NCBI GenBank assembly: GCA_973895155.1
Contig: OZ316895.1
Location: 15,196,816 to 15,260,815 of the forward strand
Source: Marsupella aquatica
Taxonomy: Eukaryota > Plantae > Marchantiophyta
DNA length: 64,000 bases
Reading direction: 5' to 3'
Part shown: positions 49,151 through 60,600 of the stretch, in pieces
Layout of the letters: the number at the start of each line of letters is the position of its first letter
Position numbering within the stretch: the stretch's first letter is position 1
The notes under the pieces: generated by a model
What the model was told of the DNA's origin: nothing
The model's database searches: none
The model's input: only the letters and a program-made list of their open reading frames with translations
Program-made: the position numbers and the translations under genes

Positions 49151-52100
49151 GCGTCTTTAAGACCATAAACCTCAGTGTAATCCTGAAATTCTGGATAAAT
49201 GTTTGGTAAGCCTCTTGAAAAGGTTGCTTTTCTGAGAGATGAAATGAGCACAAAGGGAAGATTTTTAAAAACGTGTCCTTAGGTGGAAGATATTAGCAAA
49301 GACGACCTGTCCAAAGCCATTCTATTTTAAGTCAACACAAAGTAAAATTAAGACAACTATCAAAAGAAGAGGACAACAGGAATAGTTGTGAGTAGGTGAA
49401 TAAAAAAGATCAAAGTAGAGTAAGAAGGCTTTGCATGGATCACCTTGTATAGAGATATGCAAGATAAATAGTTGTATATCATTTCCGTTTAAATATCATG
49501 TGGTTTGCTTATTGGTGTCTGTCACATATGCTCAAGATATATACTACCAAAATATACTATCGACAAATAAGAAGACATATGGATAGATTTCCATTTATTA
49601 AAGTGGTAAGTAGCTGTAAGTCAGAAACTTCAAAAGAAATCTAAGTCTTAGGATTTTGACCTCAGTCCATGATACGTGAATGTATCAGGAAATCCACCTA
49701 AAAGAAAGCAGACATAAACTCAAACACAAAAGATTCTTATGACATTGAAACCAGCCTCAAAAGAATTTCATTGACCAACATAATTTTGTTCTCTACTAGT
49801 TTCTGCCTCCAAGATAAGTAAATTAATTGCTTCCTTAAAATTATGTAATCTTGAGAAGCTAAATTGTTCTTCAAGGATGTTGTATTTAATGCAACAAGCC
49901 AGATTTTTCTGTAGTAACAGAATTGCACGCTTTGCTGTGGTATAGAACAAATGATGAATTTAACTTCATGAAGTGAAATGTTATTCCGAAGCAAGAAAGA
50001 AAGACGAGTTCTACATATTGCCCACCAAAAATGTCTCTAAGCACGTTGCTTGCAACATGAATTTGGTTCATGGATGGGGAAAAAACTCAAGAAATATTAA
50101 ATAATCACTCACTGTAAACAGAGACTAGGAAAAAACTTTCAATCTGGATAGGGTGGAATAAAAAAATTCAAGGACAAGAACATACTTCATTTGCTTGATA
50201 CCATTCAAAGTATGGACCAGGAAATCTTTTCTCCACATCTGATTTTCCACTAGCGGGCCAAGGTGCATCCATGAAAACCTGTAATTCAAAACAATTTATA
50301 TCAGCCATCATGTTTAGCACTTGAAAGTTCTCAGTAGATACACAGTTTCTCAAGATCACAAAATAGTCCAAACATTCCAGTGTTTAAGTGAGTGCCACTA
50401 ATCTTCACTAAAAGGTTGTGCTGTCGGACAAAACAAAACATGTACTTGAGTCTGTGATTGACGCCATGCTACTAAACCTGGAGACAAAGTACTTTTTGTG
50501 TTCTTCTTACTTTGTCCTTGACACTACTGGGGACCATTCATTTGGCTTGGGAGAGATCTCTTAACCATGGATTTTGGACAGGTTATCCTTTTTCCAAATA
50601 ATTGGAAATTTGTATGATCGTAAGTTGTCATGGCATGAAAACCATCCTTTAACCTCAGATTAACAAGGCCAGTTGATTTCAATGTGATGTTGTTTCAAGG
50701 CTTCACAAAGATTTACCAATTCTGCAATATCATCCATCAATGGTGTCCAATTGGCAAGGGTCACTTGCTCAGCCATTATTTTTCCACTTGTTCTAAACCC
50801 ATGTAAGCATAGGATCCGCAACTTGGAAGGATCTCGTATGACATCCTGAAGATTGTTTTTTGACACATCATTTTTGTCTTTCTTGATTTTCTTATTCTCC
50901 TCCTTTTGCTCTACTGGTGGCTTCTTTGATACTTTTGGTGCCATCTAAGCAGTCCTTGCAATACTAACTCACAAAATTAGGTGTCAAATTTGTTTAAGAT
51001 AATTTTTTGGTTTGGTCTACTTAATACATTTTTGTTTATTGAATGAAGTTGACATTCTGGGAACCCTAGTGCAGATTCCATGACGCTCCTTCATGCTTAT
51101 GCAAAATGATCATGTGGATTCACGTTGCAAGGGATTTGGTAGAAGAACATGTGTCCAGTCTACCCATGTTCAACAGCTATTCCCATTTTATTTCCAGTAA
51201 AGACACTTATTGAGTTTGTCTTACTCTTGTAAATGAAGAGTTGTTTCTTGCTCTAGTGTAGGAAGGGAGGGTCAGGGGCTCAAATCAAATGGAGCAGGAG
51301 TGAGGCTGCGAGGGTGGAGCGCAGCCCCGAGCGCAGCTGTGCAGGAGATAGAGACCGCAAAGGGCAGCACGGGGGGCAGCAATGGCAAGTGGAACCCTGC
51401 CCCTAGGTGAGGGATGATGGGGGCGGTGAGCTTTCACCCAGAGGCATTTGACGGGGCATTTGAGCTGTTGGATTGTGCGAAATGGCAGCCCCTGGGTTGT
51501 TGGATTGCCCACAAGCCTGGTTAGATTGATTAGCATGCGATGGAAAATGTAGCATCATGGGAACTAAACTAACAGAGGTGGCAATTCAGATCTAAGCTAA
51601 GAGGAACAGGAGATGAAATTCTCTCCTCTCCTACCCTAAGTTACCAAAGACCTGACCATTATGCTCATGTAGTGCAAAACTCAGTGAGAAATGTTTATCA
51701 TCACTTGTGTATTGAAGAATTTAAGTCAACAAATGCAAGATTCACTGAGCAAGAGGTTATGGTTAATTTACCATCTTAAAATGACATCTTGAGTAACTCA
51801 AATCTTGAGTAACTCAAGGAAATGAAGGAAATCTCAGAGAAACAAGTTAAATTTACAAGTATTTGATGAATCATGGGTGCCTCCAGTCTAGTAGCACTTT
51901 TGATAATAATGTAAAATCAAAGGTGCTCCCAGGTAAGTGGTGTTCGCAAAAACAAATAAATCAAAGTGGTGTTAACTACATAGTTTTTATCTCAACACTT
52001 GTTTTTATAATTCCTCAGCTATTCTAGGTGTTAAAGAAGTTCTAAGTTTATCAGAGTCTTGAGATCAACCTTGTGGTTCACGGAAGCACCAACTTCCTTC

Positions 52101-53749
52101 CAACCCTTCTTTCCCAATGAAAATTACAAGGAGAAAAATGAAACACTAGCTATAAATACTTATGCCATACAAACCAAGGTATTGACATAGTCACTAAGTA
52201 TTCCACATTGCCAAGAACAACAAGAGCCACCCCAGGAAACAGGATCCCAAAGGCATGAGACCCAATTATACAAAACTAAACCCTTCTGAGCATCAAACTG
52301 AAAAGCCTGATAAAACCTGGACAAAATAAGATAGGAAGGTCTAAAAGAGAAATTTCTGTAGAGACCCTAAGTGAAATAGTCCTGGCCTTTGAAGAATAGT
52401 GAATGCTTGAGCCACTCGAGTGCAACAGACTCCCACCCAATGTCTAAAGAGGACAGAACAGAAATTGAGGGATAAGGCTGTTACTCTACACAACTGGAAA
52501 TAAAGCCACTTCTCTACACAAACGACCAAACATGAATTGGGTTGTCATGGTTACTAAGTCATGTGTCCTCATTGCTATTGAAAAGGTACCGGTTGAGGGT
52601 AGAGTTTGACCCTATATAGTTGACAAGTGGCAATCAAGGGGTGCTTTTGTCTAGCCTCGTTATTACATTTGCAATAGTAGAGATTGTTCTTCGCCCACAC
52701 ACAGAAAGTGGAAACCTACTTTGTGCATAATAAAGAAACATAAACTTAATAACCAGAGAATAATGCGACGGACACCATTCGATGTGTTTGCAAAGGTGTC
52801 ACTAAGGTTTGACAGTAAGTTTGACGAGTCGCCGGCTTGCGCTTGACCTGACATGTTACAGCGCTCCAGTCTGACATGTCATCCGCTTGCAGCTACCGGA
52901 ACCCGCCCGCCCGGCCGACGATTGACCGGGACTGGGTCGATGCCGGCGACCGGAATCTAAATGTTGCTGACTGCAGTTAGTAGCTCGACTGCTACGGTCC
53001 TGCCGGCCTCAGGTCCCCGCAATGATAACCATAATTAATATTAATATATTTATCACTCCGTAAGGTTCCCGTTTTGAGGTCTCCAACGCGCAAAGCGAAT
53101 TGCGGTGCAGTTTGTCGCTTCGCGGACGAGCGCCGAGTTGCGGCCCGGTATACGGTATCGACCATGTCTTGGACGGAGGGTTGGCGACGGAGCTTTGACG
53201 GAACATGACTGTGTACGTTCCTGTAGTCGTAGTGTGGGCCGGCCCCCTTTTTGGCCCCTCGTCGTTTAGTCAGATCCTTCGTCCGGGTTGGGTTAAGTTT
53301 AGTAGACCTGACCGGGGTGGAAATCCTGACGCCATTCTTCCAGAGTTCCCGGGGTACGGTACCAGCCTGCCGTAAAAGCAGCAGTGATGACTCCTCATTA
53401 GCGGGTGGATGGATAGATTTTCTGACTACTCCTAGACTAGGTTCAGTTTGGCAGGCTATATAATAGTCAAAGTTTATTAGCTGTTGCGCCTGTACAGAAG
53501 CGCTTACGGTCCTAAAGTTTTTCCTTCAATTGACGATACCATACCGTGAGGGCTGTCGACGACTCCGCCCCTAGGCCGCTACGGTACCGTCCCTCTCGCA
53601 GGGGTTCCCGAGTTTCGAGCCTTGGAGCCGCTCTGGTCCCGTCCCGGAGGGGGTGCTGTGGGGGTGATGTGGGGTTGCTGTGCCCTAGGCGTGGGGTGTG
53701 GGAGTGAGAGGAGTCTCTTGTCTCTTCCCCGGACTTCGTTGGGGCCATG

Positions 53750-54678
53750 CCACGAGAGAGAGGGGGTGGGGGGGGGACGGGGGAAAGGGCAGGGATGGGC
53801 GTGGGCGGAGAGGGGATGGGCCGAGGAGAGGAGAGGAGAGGAGAGAGGGAGAGAGAGAGGGAGCGAGAGAGAGGGGGAGAGGGGAGGGCTCGAGCAGAGA
53901 GTGGAGCAGTCGGCGTGCGTGGTGAGGGACGTCTTCGTGGTGAGGTTCTGCTGCAGTTCTGGTCGAGGATCTACAGAGCTCTCGCGCTCGCTCGGTCGCT
54001 GGCTGGGTCTCTGGTTTTGCTTGCTTGCTTGCTCGCTCGTTCGTTCGCTCGCATGTGGCTCGTTGTGAATGTTGCGCTGCTGGGCATCCGATAGCTGAGA
54101 GAGGATTGATTATGCGAGGGCGTGCGACCCAAAGGCACAGCGCAGGTGACGGAGTGTCGTTCGTTTGGTGTGCAATTCGTGACGCTCCAGGGTTCTGCTG
54201 GTCGGTTTGGTGCTCTGGCGATGGGGGTCTCATGTTGGTCTTGTAGGTGTTGTGAACTACAGTAACTCCGGCACTCTGTCTGGCTGGGCTGGCTCGTCCG
54301 ATTGCTGGCTGGCCGTGAGGTGCTTTCGCGTCTCCGAGTGGGATATCGTCGTCGGGTTTCTTCTGCCTTCTGGGCGTGGTGGTGGCGTAGGCTCGACGTT
54401 GATCTTGCTGCGTGGTGGTGGAACATGTAAGGAGGAGGTGGACTCACGGCATGGGGCACGGGCTAGTTTCAATGCCGGCTTTTCCATTCACTTCTCCCCT
54501 GCGGACTGCCACACTTAGTTCCGCGATTGCCCTCTGACGGTGGCTTCTCCCCTGACTCAAATTCTCGTTGGTACCCCGGTGGGTATGATTTGTGAATAAG
54601 GTTAGGGCTTTGTGGAGTGTAGTGTACTTTGTGGAGGAGGTTGACGGCGATGAATCCTCGATTTCTAGGCTTCTGGTC
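53750..54678 (+). promoter_or_regulatory. GA-rich TSS region and long GC-rich putative 5' leader of the CW zinc-finger gene, with several upstream ATGs
   Basis: GAGAG/GGGAGA tract at 53820-53890 and (GCTT/GCTC)n at ~54020-54050; same architecture as the other housekeeping genes here. Confidence 0.5.
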
Positions 54679-57600
54679 ATGGCTCTTCAGCCGCTTGTCA
54701 GGGATTACGAAGGAGTTGCTGTTCGTGCAAATGGGAACGGAGACGGAGGTGGCTGGGGTCGTGGGATACAATGGGTAGAGCGGGGCGAAGGAGATACGCT
54801 GGAAGACAGGATGGAGGAAGATACAGAACTCGAGGAAGGAGAAACGGTGGAGATAGAGCATCCTGATGATGATTTGGACTTGCGCTTCGGTTACTTGGTA
54901 CACATGACTTCTACTTTTAGTCCATAATCTTGATTTGGGAAGGGAAGTCCAGAGGCAGGGTGCTGGTGATCGTTAAACATAGGCAAATGCACATATACTC
55001 TCGTTCTCTTCCTTGACTCCATTCTCCCGGGTCCAAGATAATCGCGCAGAGTAATCAAAAGCTGTGTATTTGGCCACAGTGGGATCCTGGGAAGGGCTCT
55101 TCCCTATGGAATTCTGACGTTGCATATTGAACTTTCACCTCGCTGTCTACCACTTCAATGAACCTTAATTACCAGACTTTGTCTTATTGTTGACATGGTT
55201 ATGCTGTTGTGCTGCAGGATACTAAAATTCAAGAGGTATTGGGCGACTGTCAAAAGGAATTCCAAGGCAGTCTCTTTACTGATAAATTAGGTATGTTGGT
55301 CTTTGAGGACTGTTCAGAACATTTAACATGGGAATTAACAAGATTAATGCCGCAATTCCTGTTCAAATCCTTTCTTGTGTCTTCATGGCGCGCAGCCTGC
55401 AGTTGGGTGGGTACTCCACTAGAGTGACCCTTATAGACAGTCTGGTACCGTCCTATGGTGAGGCCAAACTCTGAGTCTGGGAGTACGCTTAAAACCTCTC
55501 TTTGCATTTGCATGTGCATTGGTTTCGTCTCAAGTCAGACATGGGAGTTGCTAGTGAAGCGCTATCAACTGCCATATCAATGATTAGTGTAGCGACATTA
55601 GCTTTGTTGACATGTATTGATCATGAGATGCATAACCTAACATGGGCAAATTTCCCTGGACGTGATGGATGTGAAAATCTGGTCATAGGTTCCAAGGTAG
55701 GAATCTATGGATCCTTCTTGCCAACACATGTGCGGGGAGCTCCTGTCCTCAATGGCCCACCTCAAGTACCGCCTGGTGTGCCCCCACGATCTCGTCTGTT
55801 AGAAGGGCAGATGGAGGTAAGCTGCAGTTTTTTTTTTGGTTGGAAATTCAGCATAAGAAGATTCGTTTTGTAGCAATCAAGGGTGTTGACCACCACCAAG
55901 ATCATACAGCTGCCTAAATAATCTCTCGGGTATGTGATGTTTCAGCGAGGGCGGCGAATTGTAGGCAATGGACTACCTGCGGCTCCCGAAAGGACTGCTA
56001 AGTTTTCGCCCACTGGTGCAGGGAAGAAAGGCAATACTCGAATGGACAAGGTAACGGAGGGACAAATCAATGGCGTCAACCATTCTGGTGATGCCTTTGC
56101 AACTGTCCCAGTTAAGGGCAGCAAAAGAAAAGATGGTGGCCCTGTCGACCAAAAGAAGCTTACTGTTAAACTCAGTCTGGGTAAGAAAGCGAACAAAATT
56201 GGGAAGAAGATGATATACAATGGCTTTGGTTTGGACAACTCTTCATCCCCTTCAACCGATGAGGATCCAGATGATGCACTTTCAGCTTCCGAGGAAGAAA
56301 CGAGCCCAAATAGAAGTCCGGGAGAAATGATCCGAGTGAGTGTTTACTTTTTGCTTCTTGCGTAGTCCTACCCTACTTGAGGTTTGGAGCATGGATCTAA
56401 GTGGGGACTAATTATATGTGCTGGATGGCAGATCATGACATCTTTTCTGGTTCCTCGTGGTGGGCTTTTGTCCCCATTGTCTGACATGCTTCCTGAGCAA
56501 TTGGACCGAAAGCTGAAGCCACTTTCCATTGCGAAAGGGACTAAAAAGCAGTTAACAGGGTCTTCTACAACGAAGCAAGAAGTAGGTCCAGGTCCCGTGG
56601 CAACAAAGCACGACAATGATGTTGGGAAAGATGGAAAGGTTGTGAAAGAGAAGGTTGAAAGAGTGAAGGGAAAGCCATTGGAGCGCAGGGAGGCAACCCA
56701 AGCACTTGACTCTGGGAAGGTGGGCAAAAGGGAAACGGAGAATGATGGACGAACTGGGAAGGAAGGAGGTGGAAATGGTCCAAAGGCAAAACCTGAGAAC
56801 AAAGCTGGGATAAGAGATCTTGAAGCGAAAGCAGAGAGGACCGAAAGGGATCCTGACGTGCGAGATCTATTTGGGAAAGATACTGACATAGTGAAGGATT
56901 CTGCAAGGCTTACACGGAAGGAGGTGTTCACTACCGACGTGCTGAGAGAAGATGGGTCAGAGTTTCCCACTACTGACAGCAAGGAAGTTCGGAAAGCAAA
57001 GGAAGAACCGACTAAGGATTTTAAGAAATCGAGAGAGACTTCTGTAGAGCCTAATTTAAAAGAGATAGTTGCCAAGGAGCCTTTGAAGGAAAAACGTAAG
57101 TTGGGCGGAAACAAAGAGACTATGAAAGTCAAAAGGGAAGAGGAGGCTGTTCAAAAGGATTCTCAAAGACAGCAATACAGGAAAGATGTTGGAAAACAGG
57201 TGGAGGTGCTGGTTGCTGAGAGGGAGATCCTTAAAGATTGCCCAGTGGAGGTCAAGAGAAAGGGTAAAGAGGCCAATAAAGGACCCCAAATGCAGAAAGA
57301 AGCCAAAGACAAAGCACGGGATGCTCTGAAGGATGGGCGGAAGGATACCAAAAAGGAGAGCTCCAAAATCGAAGCGTCGAGAGATGTTGACGAGAGTGTG
57401 AAAGAGGAGCCAAAGGAGCCATCCAGAAGTGTTCGTGAAGTCTTTAAGGAATTCTCGAAGGATTCAGGGAAACGGGATGGCGCAGACCAAGGCTTGAATC
57501 ATGCAAAACCAGGGAAAAGGGCAGGGAAGAAGGGTGGAAAAGAGCCGAAAGCAGCCAACAAAGAGAGTGAGAGAGACAGTGGAACTGCTGGGGACTTCCT

Positions 57601-60600
57601 TGGTGCGGTAGGGGAGGACACTGGAGCACAACTTCTTGGTCCAGAACCATTCCAGATACCACCCTTACCTGTTGCTCCTGGTGCCGATGCCCATGTCGGA
57701 GCTGTTCTTCCCGCTGGTCAGCTGGTGCTGGACCATTGGGTCCAATGTGACAAATGTCAACAATGGCGCCTATTAGTACCGATGATTGATCCAGAGGATC
57801 TTCCTGAGAAGTGGCTCTGCAAGATGATGACGTGGCTGTATGTGCCCTGTACTCTTGTAGCATTCTGTAGGATTTCTGATTACATGCGCTATTGTCACAT
57901 TGGCTGATTGGAAGACTCATCAGACTGCTTGTTGATGTGGTCCTTGTTTTGTAATGCAGGCCTGGTCTAAACAACTGCAAGTTCTCAGAAGATGTCACCA
58001 CAGCTGCTGTGTACAAATTGCTTGGCCTTCAAAATCCTACCCTTCAAAATCCTCAACTCAATCCTGCTCTACAAGCACAACAGCATCCATTGGCTCCTGC
58101 GTTGGCTCCTCTCCCTGGTATGATGGTGGGTAACAAAACGCTGGACCTAAAACCAGGCAAAGTTCAAAGATCGAGCAGTAAGAAGGGTATGGGGAAAAAG
58201 GCCCCTGCTGGTGCGCAGAGAACGTCAACCGCAAATGTTAAGCGAATGGAGACAAGCACAGTGAAAAGCAAAAGCCTGAATGACGTGGGTCAGCACCCAG
58301 TTGACCAAGTCGGTGACAGAACTAGCTTGGAAGCAAATGCTGCTGAAGATGCAGGCTACGCACAAGTAGTGGGAGATAATCTTCGAAAGTTGAAGCTCAA
58401 GGAAAAGCTCACACGCACGTGGGCGAATGAAGGTATATTGTGCCCTTGTTGTGCACACTATCCGTACAAGTTTAGTTGCTTTGGTGTTACTAAATGTTGT
58501 TTTTTTGGTGGAAGTCAATTTCCCATTCGGGTAGAACATCGAGCTAGAAGTACAGTCCTGCTGTTCAGTTGTAGGGCCTGTCTGATGATTCGTAAGATTT
58601 CTTCCTCATATCATAGATGATTATCGCTGCAGGCGATGACTTTCACCCCTACAAACTTACGGTTCGTGAAGAGGATCGAAATCGAGCAACTGGATCCTGG
58701 GCTGCTCCACAGGAGCTTGGGAAGGCTGTAAAAGTACCAGTAACGGTAGAAGTCGATAACAACGCTGCAGGAAATGCCTGGGTTGATGCTTTAGAGCCAG
58801 AACCTCGCAAACAGCAAAAGGGGAAATTGATGCAAGATGGAAGTAAAGCAGACAGTGTGGGCATGAAAAGGAAGAAGAAGCCAGAGTCTTCAGAAGAACA
58901 TGAGGAACTGCGATCTGCAAAGAAGAATAAAGTGGATGAGATGAACGGTCAGCTAGATTCAAAAAAGCGGCCGAAGGGAGATGAATTCGAGTCTGGGCAT
59001 CAACCTGAGAAAAGGCGAATAATCTCTAAGCCTGAGTCGAAAGACTGGGGATCATCCAGGGAAGCAATGCGTGAAGAGAAGAAAGGGCAAATGAAGAGGG
59101 TTGGTTCTAGGACAGACATTCACCAACACAATGCAGTAGGGGAGCAATCTCGAGAAGCGGAGTCTCCCAGAAATGAAAGACTTGAAGAAGTGAGAGGAAC
59201 GAATGCAATGTTATTTGATGAGATTTCTGGGATTGCTCGCACATATGCTGCTCCACAGTTGTTAGAGGAGAGCCCTAATGAAGAGAGTCCCCTCCGTGAT
59301 ATGGGTCAACCGACGGGTGGATCACAACTACATTGTCCACCTTCTGGCTCCTCTAAAGTATCATACTCTGCTGATTCCTCTGCATTTGGATCAAAAGGTG
59401 GTTCTCCGATTGAATCGACTGTTTCTTCCTCGCCAGTAAGGTCTTCGAAAGTAGATGGGGCAGCCACTGAACATGGGGCAAGTGAAGGTATGCAAAATAA
59501 CCACACCACATCGCATAGTCACCCATCTGATAAGCTGAACTCTCTGTCACCTAGTCCAAAACGGTCACTAGATCAGGATGCAGATGCAAACAGTGATCGA
59601 GAAGGGGCATTACGGGGGCAGTCTCATCGGAATTGGGATGATTGGCCACTCTCACCAGACCATGAGCGTGAATTTAGGGGTGTTTCTGGAAGGGATTCAG
59701 GAAGGGAAGCTTCTGGTGGACGGGGCAGGGATGCTCGCTACCCTACAAGCAACAGCAGGGAAGGTGCAGATTTTCGCAAGTTTGACAGGACTCGCACTGG
59801 GCGCGACGATGAACGCTTCTGGGAGGAAGCTCGGGAGACAAGAGCAGGGAGTGCAAGCTATCTAGCAGAACGTGGTGGTTATGATCGACATCGTGATGAT
59901 CACTACCGAGAAAGAGAGGATAGTGTGGACAGGTATCGTGATAGGGATAATAGGCATGAGAGGAGGAGCAGCCGCGAGGATCGCTTTCGGGAGCGAGACA
60001 GGGAGAGGGATCGTGAAAGAGACAGGAGCAGGGAGAATTGGCCTGCTGATAGGAGTGGAGATGCGCGAGATGAACGATATTCAAGAGAGAGAAGTGTAAG
60101 GCAAGATCGGCCAGGAGGTCGACCTTCGTCACGTGAGGGCCGATCAGACAAGCATGGAAATTCTACTTGGCATGATGACTCTAGATCCGTCAGAGACGTG
60201 GGGCGGGAAGGGAGAGATAGAGTAGAAGATGACAATACCGAAAACAAGGTTGAAGTCAGGGCCAATCATGTTGAAGGGCTGAAAGTTGATCTTCCTGGTG
60301 AGGATGAACATGAGGCTCCAGATGTGCAGAAAGATGACCCCGGCCATAGATATGAGAAGATTGATTTGGGGCTCCCAAAAGACGCCAAATCTAATTTTGT
60401 AAGAGCTCCACCTGCAGGGCAAGCTCCACATGGATGGGAAGGAGATAAGGTTGGTGGTCCATTTTCCGGCAGAAAGGAGTCCGATGGTGGTGCGCCCCGA
60501 AATGGGTTGGAAACCCAAGCTACGACAACCCATGTGAATAGCAGAAGTAGGGTTGACATAACGCAAAGTGGCCCAGGGAGTACAGGTGTACGAGGAAAAG

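Larger units (their letters stand above)
39394..50944 (-). pseudogene. FSH1: FSH1/OVCA2-family serine hydrolase (esterase), 7 exons, ~273 aa, disrupted by a copia insertion in coding exon 3
   Basis: Exons 50944-50717, 50278-50186, [49182-49151 + 43305-43239], 42317-42276, 41887-41764, 39918-39817, 39527-39394; 822 nt once the element and one TSD are removed, with no other lesion. Motifs LRILCLHGFRTSG, FMDAP..YFEWYQ, GPFDGVIGFSQGAILS (GxSxG), SLHIIGDKD (Asp), HPSGHVVP (His). The symbol is at family level. Confidence 0.92.

Noticed and set aside
39020-51540. GC-rich patches at ~39020-39390 and ~51270-51540 as Pack-MULE TIRs capturing the FSH1 gene
   Set aside because: The two patches do not align as inverted repeats and no TSD is visible; more likely unrelated TE fragments.
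53512-54520. Multiple 75-180 aa ORFs on both strands
   Set aside because: Low-complexity translations of the GC/GA-rich promoter and leader.
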